DNA of 64,000 bases, from sequence record SRR31156797_2854; one strand, 5' to 3'. Positions within the stretch are counted from its first letter, which is position 1, and the number at the start of each line of letters is the position of its first letter. Under the pieces are notes generated by a model. It was not told the DNA's origin and searched no databases. It saw only the letters and a list, made by a program, of their open reading frames with translations. Shown piece by piece: positions 8,314 through 17,084 of this stretch. A program made the translations under genes and the position numbers.

Positions 8314-8988
8314 ATGTTGGAAGATGTTCTGTTAATTACCGAAAAGCACCAAAATGCTGCAGCCAAAATCGTTGATCTGGTTTTGGACGAAGAAAAAACA
8401 AAACCGAAAAAGAAAAAAATGATCATCGCCATTTCCGGTGAATCGGGATCAGGAAAATCGGAGCTGACGCATGAAGTTGCCAGGCTGCTGAATAAAAAGC
8501 ATGGCATCGTTGCCAAAACGCTGCACACCGATAATTTTTACAACACGCTTCCAAAGAAAAGGCGGGCATGGCGCGAGAAAAAAGGCATCGAAAAAGTGGT
8601 GGGCTATAACGAGTATTTGTGGGACGAAATTAAACTGGCCATCAAAGCATTTAAAAAAGGCAAATTGGTATTTATGCCCTGCGTCGATCTGATCACCGAA
8701 CAGGTAGATGTGCTGGGCACAGATTTCAAAGATGTGGAAATGCTGGTGGTTGACGGATTGTACGCCATCAAGGAAAAAAAGGTTGACCTGCGCTTTTATA
8801 TCGACCTTACCTACCTCCAAACCAAAACCAAACACACCAAAGACATCCGCGGCAAGGAGGTGATGGATGAGGGCCGCTGGGCTACCCTGGAGCAGGAACA
8901 CAAAATGGTAAGCTCACTGAAACCGACGGCTGACTACCTCATCACGGAAGACTTTGATGTTGTGCCGAATCCGGAGAAGGAGAAGTAA
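8314..8988 (+). CDS. Uridine kinase/phosphoribulokinase-like P-loop protein (paralog 2)
   Basis: ISGESGSGKSE, HTDNFY, MPCVD and VVDGLY; a clear paralog of the preceding gene. Confidence 0.8.
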   Translation: MLEDVLLITEKHQNAAAKIVDLVLDEEKTKPKKKKMIIAISGESGSGKSELTHEVARLLNKKHGIVAKTLHTDNFYNTLPKKRRAWREKKGIEKVVGYNEYLWDEIKLAIKAFKKGKLVFMPCVDLITEQVDVLGTDFKDVEMLVVDGLYAIKEKKVDLRFYIDLTYLQTKTKHTKDIRGKEVMDEGRWATLEQEHKMVSSLKPTADYLITEDFDVVPNPEKEK

Positions 8989-9011
8989 GTTGTTGGGTAA
9001 TCAGTTAACCA

Positions 9012-10460
9012 TTATTGTTTAATAGTCGGTTCAAAAACAATCTTTCTGGCGGTATGCACATTCCCCGCTGAAACCATCATAACAAAAACACCGGGTCTCA
9101 CTTTCACCCCTGATTCATCGGTACTGGTCCATGTAGCTTCAAAATGCTTTTCTTTCACCTTCATTATGGTTAATGCTAAAACTTGATGTCCGTTCAGATT
9201 GTAAATTTTAATTTCAGGTACAACGTTTTCATCTTCTGTGATAATTTTCAGATTTATCTTATCACGAAACGGATTTGGTGATCCCGTTATAGAAAATCCT
9301 TTCCCGGTTTCCGGATCATCCTGCCCGGTCCAGATGTATTTTGCATCGCGCATATAATAAATCTCATCATCATTTTCATCCATCCAGATAAAATCGATAT
9401 ATTCGGGGCTAAAATGTTTGTATGCAATGGATGGATTTGACAGGCCATTTCCTGTGATGTACTCCATGTTGGTTAACCAGTTGCCATAAGAATGTCCGTA
9501 TGAAAAAGTGTGAACCAACCCATATTCGTTTTGAGATATAAAGCTGTATCCGATTGGCGGAGCAATGTCGTCGATACAAACCATGCTTACATCATAAAAA
9601 GGCATTTCGAAAGGATCGGTTATTTCAAAAGAGTTGCTACTATTATACAAGAAGGCATCAACCTCATATAGCCTGTTCAATCCACTGAAATCTTCAGCGA
9701 TATACAGGAAACGGGTTGAACCAAAATCATCATAATCCCATATTGAATTATAAGAGATGCACGGCTGTTCTCCCTGCGTTGAATAAACGGTTGTAAAACT
9801 TTCCATCCGATCGTTTGAAAAATAAAAACTGACCGAGTCCTGGTTAAATTGAAGAGCAAAGAATAAATTGTCATTGGCATACTGCAAATGATTGGCAATG
9901 GCAATATCATCAATCTGATCTTTGACCATCACGGTATCATGAACTTGTGTTTCACCACCCAGCAGACGTGCATACATGAGCGCTTCAGTCTGGTCATTAT
10001 TTTTCTGTTGCCAGAAAACATTGAGGTTCCCTGACGAATCCACATCTGCAATAGGCACTTTACATACATAACCCGCCTCACTTATAGACTGCGGTTCCGA
10101 CCAGGAAACAAAATCGGAAGTAGCGGTGTACATGATTTCAGGAAAGGAGCCATTCGATTCGTACAGAAGATATATCTCATTGTTTTGACTGATGGCTATG
10201 GTTGGATTGAGACCATCCAAAAGAATAACCGGATCGGACCACTGCTCCAGGACACGATCGAAATGCAGGCCTTTGATTACATGGGTTTGATCCACCCAAT
10301 CCACAAATACAACAAAAATATTGTCGGCACTATCTCTTACTATTTTTCGTTGGTTATGGTTAGCGGTGGCATCTGAATGATTGATGGTGGCAATTTGTGT
10401 TTGCGAAATCAGGCTAACTGACAGAAGCATTAAGGTAAAAATAGCTGTTACCTTTTTCAT
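9012..10460 (-). CDS. Secreted protein, probably a beta-propeller, with a T9SS type A-like C-terminal domain
   Basis: Signal peptide and C-terminal SPNPFRDKINL...IKIYNLNG...W...PGVFVM...RKIV. Confidence 0.75.
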   Translation of the reverse strand: MKKVTAIFTLMLLSVSLISQTQIATINHSDATANHNQRKIVRDSADNIFVVFVDWVDQTHVIKGLHFDRVLEQWSDPVILLDGLNPTIAISQNNEIYLLYESNGSFPEIMYTATSDFVSWSEPQSISEAGYVCKVPIADVDSSGNLNVFWQQKNNDQTEALMYARLLGGETQVHDTVMVKDQIDDIAIANHLQYANDNLFFALQFNQDSVSFYFSNDRMESFTTVYSTQGEQPCISYNSIWDYDDFGSTRFLYIAEDFSGLNRLYEVDAFLYNSSNSFEITDPFEMPFYDVSMVCIDDIAPPIGYSFISQNEYGLVHTFSYGHSYGNWLTNMEYITGNGLSNPSIAYKHFSPEYIDFIWMDENDDEIYYMRDAKYIWTGQDDPETGKGFSITGSPNPFRDKINLKIITEDENVVPEIKIYNLNGHQVLALTIMKVKEKHFEATWTSTDESGVKVRPGVFVMMVSAGNVHTARKIVFEPTIKQ

Positions 10461-10544
10461 GATTCATTTTTTTTAAGAAAAAAATATTTTATGTAAAAAT
10501 ATTCATTTTTTCTCAATATCATAATACATCATACGCAGAAAGTC

Positions 10545-11819
10545 TCAATCTGTTTTCACTTCATGCTGTATCCATTTAATTACCGGGACAACATGAATTG
10601 TATGTCCATTTTTCACGATGGTTTCCGATTCAGATAGTGTGATAATCGTCAGTTTTTTGCAATCCAGTTGTTGTGCTGCTTCAACCAGCGCCCTTATTTC
10701 ACGATTCCTGGTTTTCGGGTTATCCACCGACAAAGTTACCTGGATAAGTTCTCTTACTTTCCGCCCTGAATAAATCACAAAGTCCACTTCAACCCTGGAT
10801 TTGTAATAAAATACCTCATAAAAATTCCGGGTCCTGTAACGAATCAGATGTAGCATTACAGCATTTTCCAGTAATCTGCCCATATTTACCGAACTACTTT
10901 CTCCGGTAATTTCTGCAAATGAATTATCGGTTATATATAATTTCCGGTTCCTTAAACTCTCCTGCTTTTTAAACGAAAACTTCGACAGACTTATAAACAA
11001 CCAGGCTTCATCTAGGTATCCCAAATAGTTTTTAGCTGTATTTTCACTACCCAGATCAAAGATACTTTTAATGCGATTGTAACTCAGTTCTTTAGCAAAA
11101 TTACCGGTAAGCCACATGGCAATTTCCCTGAAAGTACGTTCGTTTCTTATCTTATACCTGAGAATAATGTCCCGGGTTACAATGGCCTCAAAAAGATTGG
11201 AAACATAGGTTTTTCGATTTTCACCCTGTACAACTTCCGGTAGGCCGCCATTGGTAAGATAAGCACTGAAATACTTAATTGCCAACCCCCTGCCCCTTGC
11301 AGTTACAGTGTCAGTAACTTCCAGATTTGTAGCTTTCAGGTATTCGGTAAACGAAAATGGCAATAATTCAACGGTCGAATACCTGCCGGTTAAATGCGAA
11401 GCCATTTCACGACTCAACAAATTGGAATTCGAACCAGTGAGAATGATTTTGATTTTATTGCGAAGCAGTCGATTTACAAATAAATGCCAGCCTTCTACAT
11501 TTTGAATTTCGTCCAGAAGCAAATGATCAAAGTCACCATAAACGGCATAAAGAGATTCTAACAAATCACTGAGCATTTCGGCCTCAAAGTTTAGGAACCT
11601 TTCATCATCAAAATTCACGTAAGCAAAATGCGCATCTTTTAAAGCCTGCAAGGCTAAGGTAGATTTCCCACACCTTCGGATGCCGGTTATAATTTGAGCC
11701 AGATTGCTCCGGATATCTACATCAGCAACTTTTTCCCGCGAAATCAGTTTCGCCTTGTTAAAAATGGCTATTTCTGATTTTTGTTCTTCAACAACCTGTC
11801 TCAAATCATCATTGTTCAT
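10545..11819 (-). CDS. AAA+ ATPase COG1373 (AAA_14 + DUF4143; wHTH and PD-(D/E)xK-like C-terminus)
   Basis: GIRRCGKST, LLDEIQ, TGSNS, LTGRY, GGLPE, LLENAV and EVDFV...LIQV. Confidence 0.9.
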   Translation of the reverse strand: MNNDDLRQVVEEQKSEIAIFNKAKLISREKVADVDIRSNLAQIITGIRRCGKSTLALQALKDAHFAYVNFDDERFLNFEAEMLSDLLESLYAVYGDFDHLLLDEIQNVEGWHLFVNRLLRNKIKIILTGSNSNLLSREMASHLTGRYSTVELLPFSFTEYLKATNLEVTDTVTARGRGLAIKYFSAYLTNGGLPEVVQGENRKTYVSNLFEAIVTRDIILRYKIRNERTFREIAMWLTGNFAKELSYNRIKSIFDLGSENTAKNYLGYLDEAWLFISLSKFSFKKQESLRNRKLYITDNSFAEITGESSSVNMGRLLENAVMLHLIRYRTRNFYEVFYYKSRVEVDFVIYSGRKVRELIQVTLSVDNPKTRNREIRALVEAAQQLDCKKLTIITLSESETIVKNGHTIHVVPVIKWIQHEVKTD

Positions 11820-11849
11820 AACGTTGCAAATTTTAATTGCTTATATTTC

Positions 11850-11867
11850 AGTGTATTAAAATACACT
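11850..11867. promoter_or_regulatory. Perfect 8-bp inverted repeat, candidate operator
   Basis: AGTGTATT-aa-AATACACT, located between the ATPase start and the repeat array. Confidence 0.5.
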
Positions 11868-12089
11868 AATGAGAATATTTCACAAATTTAACAATTCCTA
11901 CTGAGAATAATTACACGTTTTTTAGTTTTCTACTGAGAATAATAACATTTTTTTATGAGTTCTACTGAGAATAATTACACATTATTTAGATTTCTATTGA
12001 GAATATTTACACATAATTTAGGTTTCTATTGAGAATAATGACAGATATTAATGAAATATGGTGAGAATATTTACATTTAACTTTTAATC
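11866..12089. repeat. Seven degenerate direct repeats with an exact 32-bp period, core CTA(C/T)TGAGAATA(A/T)TTACA
   Basis: GAGAATA starts at 11871, 11903, 11935, 11967, 11999, 12031 and 12063. Confidence 0.92.
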
Positions 12090-12158
12090 GCAAAAAAGTA
12101 ATGAAGCAACCTTTTCAGGGCAATGCTGTTTGATAGATAAATTTTGAAACTTCACATC

Positions 12159-12827
12159 ATGATCAAACAACAAACAATCGAATTCCTCAGCAACCTCAAA
12201 GCAAACAACCACAAAGAATGGTTCGATGCCAATAAACCGGTTTACCAGGAAGCCCACAAAAATTTCCTGGAATTTACCCATATGTTGATTGATGGACTTG
12301 CTGCCATAGATAAAGGAATCGGGAATTCGCATCTTGAACCCAAAAAATGTGTGATGCGCATTTATCGCGATGTACGCTTTTCGAAGGATAAAACACCTTA
12401 TAAGTCCAACTTCTTCACGTATATGAATCAGGGCGGAAAGAAAAGTCCTTTTGGTGGTTACTATTTCAACCTGGAGCCGGGAGCCTCGTTTTTTGGTGGT
12501 GGCATTTACATGCCCGAAAGCAAGGTGCTGGCAAACATCCGAGAGGAAATCCACTTTAACTTCCCGGAATGGCGTAAGGTAGCCGAAAATAAAAAGTTGC
12601 TAAATTTTTATGGTGAGATAAAGCCCTCCGGCAAACTCAGTCGCCCACCTAAAGGCTTTGAAAAAGATGATCCCGCCATTGAATGGTTGAAATTTAAAGG
12701 ATTCTTTACCCAGAAAAACCTCTCAGACGAGGAAGTTCTGAATGATCAACTTTTGGAGAAAATCTTATCGGGATATAAAGCTGTAAAGCCGCTGGTGGAT
12801 TTTATCAACAAGAGCCTGGATCAATAA
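12159..12827 (+). CDS. DUF2461 family protein (TIGR02453-like)
   Basis: NNHKEWFDANK, MRIYRDVRFSKDKTPYK, GGGIYMP and LSRPPKGF. Confidence 0.9.
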   Translation: MIKQQTIEFLSNLKANNHKEWFDANKPVYQEAHKNFLEFTHMLIDGLAAIDKGIGNSHLEPKKCVMRIYRDVRFSKDKTPYKSNFFTYMNQGGKKSPFGGYYFNLEPGASFFGGGIYMPESKVLANIREEIHFNFPEWRKVAENKKLLNFYGEIKPSGKLSRPPKGFEKDDPAIEWLKFKGFFTQKNLSDEEVLNDQLLEKILSGYKAVKPLVDFINKSLDQ

Positions 12828-13388
12828 TTACTGCATCTGCATAAACAGTTTAGACTTCACAAATTTAAGTACTGATTCCATGATCTCATCATTAAGAGCC
12901 AACATGGATTCAGCAGTCAGGTCATCCGGGTTCAGCTTCGAATACCACGAATCTGTGAGGCTGTCATATAAATCTTCGACCACTTTGTAATGGATGTTGA
13001 ACGCATAATATTTCATAAACAGCGGAACCGAATATTCATTAACCTGTTTCCGTACTTTTAAAAACACCATGTTATAAACAGGATTCTGTCTGTGCAAAAA
13101 CAGCTGCCGGCTGAATTTCAGCGAAGGTGAAAATTGTTCTACCAATTCAAACATATCAGGAGCATAGCTTTTGCATTGATCCCGTAGTAATTCTTTATAT
13201 TTAATTACCTGGTTAAGGTATATTTGCAACAGGTTTTCAATCATATCCTGCCTGTCGGCGAAATAGTTATAAAAAGTCGATCGGGGAATTTGTATTTCTT
13301 GAGCAATGCGTTTAATGCTTAGATTTTCAGGGCCTGATTCAGCAAAATGTTGATAGCCTGTTTCCAGCCACTTTTTCTTGTTTTCCAT
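12828..13388 (-). CDS. TetR/AcrR-family transcriptional regulator
   Basis: N-terminal HTH GYQHFAESG...SIKRIAQEIQIPRSTFYNYF. Confidence 0.85.
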   Translation of the reverse strand: MENKKKWLETGYQHFAESGPENLSIKRIAQEIQIPRSTFYNYFADRQDMIENLLQIYLNQVIKYKELLRDQCKSYAPDMFELVEQFSPSLKFSRQLFLHRQNPVYNMVFLKVRKQVNEYSVPLFMKYYAFNIHYKVVEDLYDSLTDSWYSKLNPDDLTAESMLALNDEIMESVLKFVKSKLFMQMQ

Positions 13389-13468
13389 AATTATAATTTT
13401 TATTCCTGACTATAATTTAACGTAACAACCTGTTTTTTATGCTTTTGTTATGACCAGATTTTTTATCC

Positions 13469-13480
13469 GACAGGGGTGTC
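13469..13480. promoter_or_regulatory. Candidate TetR operator GACA-N4-TGTC
   Basis: Short palindrome in the divergent region between the TetR gene and the 13583 gene. Confidence 0.3.
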
Positions 13481-13582
13481 TTGTTATTGGCAGGATACTG
13501 TATTTTCTTTGATACTGATACGCTAAGTTTTGGAAGCACACCTCATATGCCAATTTGAAAAAAATAATCAAAGGAGATAATT

Positions 13583-14410
13583 ATGAAACAAACTAAAAAA
13601 TTCAAACAGAAAAAAACCATTTTTCTATTCCTGTTATTACCTGTCCTTGTTTTTACGGTACAGGCACAGCAATCAAACGAAGAATTATCAGCAGCAGCAG
13701 CGAACCCCCTGGCCGATTTAATGAGCTTCCCCTTCCAGAACAATCTGAATATGAACTATGGTGCATATAACCGAAACACCAACATATTAAATATTCAGCC
13801 GGTTATCCCTTTAGCTGGCGGAAAAGTAATTACCCGTACCATTATGCCCATTGTTCGTATTCCTGATTACAGCAGTGAAAGCGGAAAGCTTACCTCAGGG
13901 TTAAGCGACATCGTATTTTCTGCTTTTTATGCACCCGAAAGCAACGGCTTGATGTGGGGCTTTGGACCTGTTCTGGAACTCCCCACCGGAGGAAGCGAGA
14001 GAGGTACCCAAAAATGGAGTGCAGGACCTTCGCTTGTTGCTTTGCAACAAACCGAAGTCTGGACCTTTGGAGCCTTAATCAACAATGCCTGGTCGTTTGC
14101 CGGAAAATCGGAAGCGGCTGATGTGAACCATATGCTGCTAAACCTTTTTGTGGTTAAACAAATGGGAAATGGCTGGTACATTAACAGTGCACCCATTATC
14201 ACTGCCGACTGGACCGCCGATGACGATAACAAATGGATTGTTCCCATAGGCGCAGGAGGTGGAAAATTGGTGATGTTAGGTGGGAAACTTCCGCTAAACC
14301 TTCAAACCCAGTTGTATTACAATGTGGTACGGCCCGATTTTGGTCCCGAGTGGCAATGGCGTTTTCAGGCGCAAATTTTATTGCCAAAAACTATTTTTTC
14401 AAAAAAATAA
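13583..14410 (+). CDS. Outer-membrane beta-barrel (so-called neuromedin U / MetA-pathway transporter-like family)
   Basis: Signal peptide, ANPLADLMSFPFQNN, LNIQPVIP, KWSAGP and W.VPIGAGGGK. Confidence 0.75.
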   Translation: MKQTKKFKQKKTIFLFLLLPVLVFTVQAQQSNEELSAAAANPLADLMSFPFQNNLNMNYGAYNRNTNILNIQPVIPLAGGKVITRTIMPIVRIPDYSSESGKLTSGLSDIVFSAFYAPESNGLMWGFGPVLELPTGGSERGTQKWSAGPSLVALQQTEVWTFGALINNAWSFAGKSEAADVNHMLLNLFVVKQMGNGWYINSAPIITADWTADDDNKWIVPIGAGGGKLVMLGGKLPLNLQTQLYYNVVRPDFGPEWQWRFQAQILLPKTIFSKK

Positions 14411-14429
14411 TACCTGAAAAATTATAATT

Positions 14430-14744
14430 ATGAAACAAATAAAATACATCACACAAATTATTGGGAAAAGTAGTCTTTTATGCTTTTTCATGTTTTTCGC
14501 TTCTGTAACGTTGGTGGCTCAAGATGTGCTACCGTCCCCAACTCCACCCATGGGTGGCTAGGTCGGACCGACGATGAAGGAATCCGTCCACAAGTGGCGT
14601 GAGGCTCCAAAGCATCTGCCCGAGGACGCACCCAACATCCTGATTGTCATGTTAGACGATGTGGGCTTTGGACAGGTAAGCACCTTTGGCGGTGAGATCA
14701 ATAAATACAATTATTTCAGTGATAGGGACAGAATTAATAATTAA
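14430..14744 (+). pseudogene. Arylsulfatase N-terminal remnant
   Basis: Signal peptide, an in-frame TAG at 14559-14561, then [25 protein letters not shown]. Similarity stops at about 14702, before the CxPxR motif. Confidence 0.85.
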
Positions 14745-14797
14745 GAACGAGAAAATTAAACAACTTGAAAAAGTTTAAATATAAAAGTCTAAATTAC

Positions 14798-15646
14798 ATG
14801 AAACCATCATTGAGTATTCTAATACTTATGGTGATGACCAATGTTTGTTTCGGTCAGCAATCAATTGAACAATCGAAACAACGCGTATTGCCCCTGGCCA
14901 GAGGTTGGTTTGATAAGCAAAACATCGATTTGCCTTTACCTTATGGCGCTTCGGCTTTTTTCACATACATGTCGCGCAATGTTGACATTTCAGATGTAGA
15001 GGTTGCTTTTCAGGATCAGCCAAAACAAAGCATTAATGATTTTTCAAACTTCGACCTCAACAACAAATCAACAGTGGCGGCTGTAAAGTTGGATGCCTGG
15101 CTGTTGCCTTTTGTTAATGTTTACGGCCTTTTTGGTTTTGTTACCACCGATGCCACCCTGGATGCCACCATAACAATAGAACGGATTATTTTTCCCGGCC
15201 CCGATATAATACTACCCATCAGCAGTAGCTCCAACATCCGGGGTAATTATTTTGGTATGGGTTCAACAATGGTTGCAGGACACGGGAGTTGGTTTATCCT
15301 GGGTGATGTTAATTATGGCTTTTCCAAGTTAGATGAATTTGATGGCAAAATAGATTTTTGGATGTTTTCGGCCCGAACGGGTTTTCAATCTAAATTGAAT
15401 AAAAATCAAATGCGCTCCTGGATTGGCGGTATGTATTTATCCTCCAACAGAACTTTGCACCTAAGTGTTGAGAATGATATTTTAGGCACTGTTGAAGTTG
15501 ATGTATATCAACAAACACAAAACCCATTTACAATTCAATTAGGGACAGGTCTCAATCTGGGTAAACATTTTGAGATAATAGCTGAATTAGGCACCAATTT
15601 TTCTGATGCAAGTCTGGGCGTGATAACCACATCTTATCGATTCTAA
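14798..15646 (+). CDS. Outer-membrane beta-barrel protein
   Basis: Signal peptide, LPLPYG, KLDAWLLPFVNVYG and terminal SYRF. Confidence 0.75.
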   Translation: MKPSLSILILMVMTNVCFGQQSIEQSKQRVLPLARGWFDKQNIDLPLPYGASAFFTYMSRNVDISDVEVAFQDQPKQSINDFSNFDLNNKSTVAAVKLDAWLLPFVNVYGLFGFVTTDATLDATITIERIIFPGPDIILPISSSSNIRGNYFGMGSTMVAGHGSWFILGDVNYGFSKLDEFDGKIDFWMFSARTGFQSKLNKNQMRSWIGGMYLSSNRTLHLSVENDILGTVEVDVYQQTQNPFTIQLGTGLNLGKHFEIIAELGTNFSDASLGVITTSYRF

Positions 15647-15674
15647 TTGATTTAAAAAAAATATAAACCACATT

Positions 15675-17069
15675 ATGAAAAATCATTTTCTTATTTTATC
15701 GATTATTGGATTCTTTTTTATGGGATGTTCCTCCCCTTCAAAAGAAGTTACCCCTGAAGAAGCGCGTGCCATTGCTAAGGAGGCGTATATCTATGGTAAT
15801 CCGGTGGTTGACAGCTACCGCATTTTGTACAGCTATTTTGTAGATACCTCCAGTCCGGACTATAAATCAGGTTGGAATGAGATCAAGAACATCCCCCGTG
15901 TCTACACTCACGAAGACCGGGCAGTACAAACGCCTAACTCCGATACGCCATACAGTTTTCTGGCACTCGACCTGCGGACGGAACCTATGGTACTTACGGT
16001 ACCCCGGATTGAAGAAGAACGATATTTCAGTATCCAGCTCATCGATCTATACACACATAATTTCGAATATCTGGGAAGCCGCACCACTGGCAATGATGGT
16101 GGCCAATTTCTCATTACCGGTCCCGGCTGGAATGGTAAAGTTCCCGATGGGATTACTAAAAAAATTGAAAGTGAGACCGAGCTTATGCTGGCTATTTATC
16201 GAACCCAGCTCTATAACCCTGAAGACCTTGACAAGGTAAAAGAAATACAAGAGGGATACAAAGTTCAATCTCTTTCTACTTTCCTGGGTCAGCCGGCTCC
16301 GGAGGCTGCTCCCAAAATTGACTTTATCGCGCCCTTATTACAGGAAGAAATCAAAGAAACGCATAAGTTATTCGAGCAATTAAATTTTGTCCTACAGTTT
16401 TGCCCAACGCACCCTTCCGAAAAGGAGCTCATGGAGCGTTTTGCCAAACTAAACATAGGAGCCAACATGGACTTCGATTGGGATAGCTTTTCTCCTGAAA
16501 TCCGGGAAGCCATTGGACAGGGAATTGCCGATGCCTGGGCCGATTTTGCAGATTTAAAGAAAAAGGCGGATGCAGGTGAGATAAGCTCTGGTGAAGTGTT
16601 CGGTACAAGAGAATTCCTGAAGAACAATTACCTCTACAGAATGGCTGCTGCTGTTTTGGGTATTTGGGGTAATAGTGAAGCAGAGGCTATTTACCCATCC
16701 TATTATGTAGATGCCGATGGCGAAGCATTAAACGGGGTCAATAATTACACACTGCACTTTGGGCCTGGTGAATTACCCCCAGTCAACTCCTTCTGGTCGT
16801 TGACGATGTATGAACTTCCTCCAAGTCTGCTGGTTGAGAATCCACTTAACCGTTATTTACTGAATTCGACCATGATAGACGATTTTGTGCGTGATGAGGA
16901 TGGTGGTATCACATTGTATTTTCAGCATTCTTCTCCAGGTAAAGATAAGGAACCCAATTGGCTACCGGCACCTGAAGCGCCTTTTAGCGTCATCATGCGA
17001 CTGTACTGGCCTAAAGAAGAAGCATTAAATGGTGAATGGATGAATCCACCAATGATCAAATCAAATTAA
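15675..17069 (+). CDS. DUF1254/DUF1214 lipoprotein
   Basis: Lipobox FMGC, EAYIYG.P, TPNSDTPYS, PPVNSFWSLTMY, NWLPAP and MRLYWP. Confidence 0.9.
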   Translation: MKNHFLILSIIGFFFMGCSSPSKEVTPEEARAIAKEAYIYGNPVVDSYRILYSYFVDTSSPDYKSGWNEIKNIPRVYTHEDRAVQTPNSDTPYSFLALDLRTEPMVLTVPRIEEERYFSIQLIDLYTHNFEYLGSRTTGNDGGQFLITGPGWNGKVPDGITKKIESETELMLAIYRTQLYNPEDLDKVKEIQEGYKVQSLSTFLGQPAPEAAPKIDFIAPLLQEEIKETHKLFEQLNFVLQFCPTHPSEKELMERFAKLNIGANMDFDWDSFSPEIREAIGQGIADAWADFADLKKKADAGEISSGEVFGTREFLKNNYLYRMAAAVLGIWGNSEAEAIYPSYYVDADGEALNGVNNYTLHFGPGELPPVNSFWSLTMYELPPSLLVENPLNRYLLNSTMIDDFVRDEDGGITLYFQHSSPGKDKEPNWLPAPEAPFSVIMRLYWPKEEALNGEWMNPPMIKSN

Positions 17070-17084
17070 TAAAGGAGAAAAGTT

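Noticed and set aside
7580-8988. Gene symbol udk for the two P-loop kinases
   Set aside because: The fold is URK-like, but I could not find the typical uridine-kinase substrate motifs (e.g. NFDHP), and the context is sugar metabolism.
11866-12089. CRISPR array
   Set aside because: The period is only 32 bp, the linkers are ~13 nt, AT-rich and similar to each other, the repeats are degenerate, and no cas genes are in the window.
14559-14561. TAG read-through (pyrrolysine or recoding) in the sulfatase fragment
   Set aside because: The gene is also truncated, and TAG serves as a normal stop elsewhere in the window (e.g. 587-589, 2330-2332).
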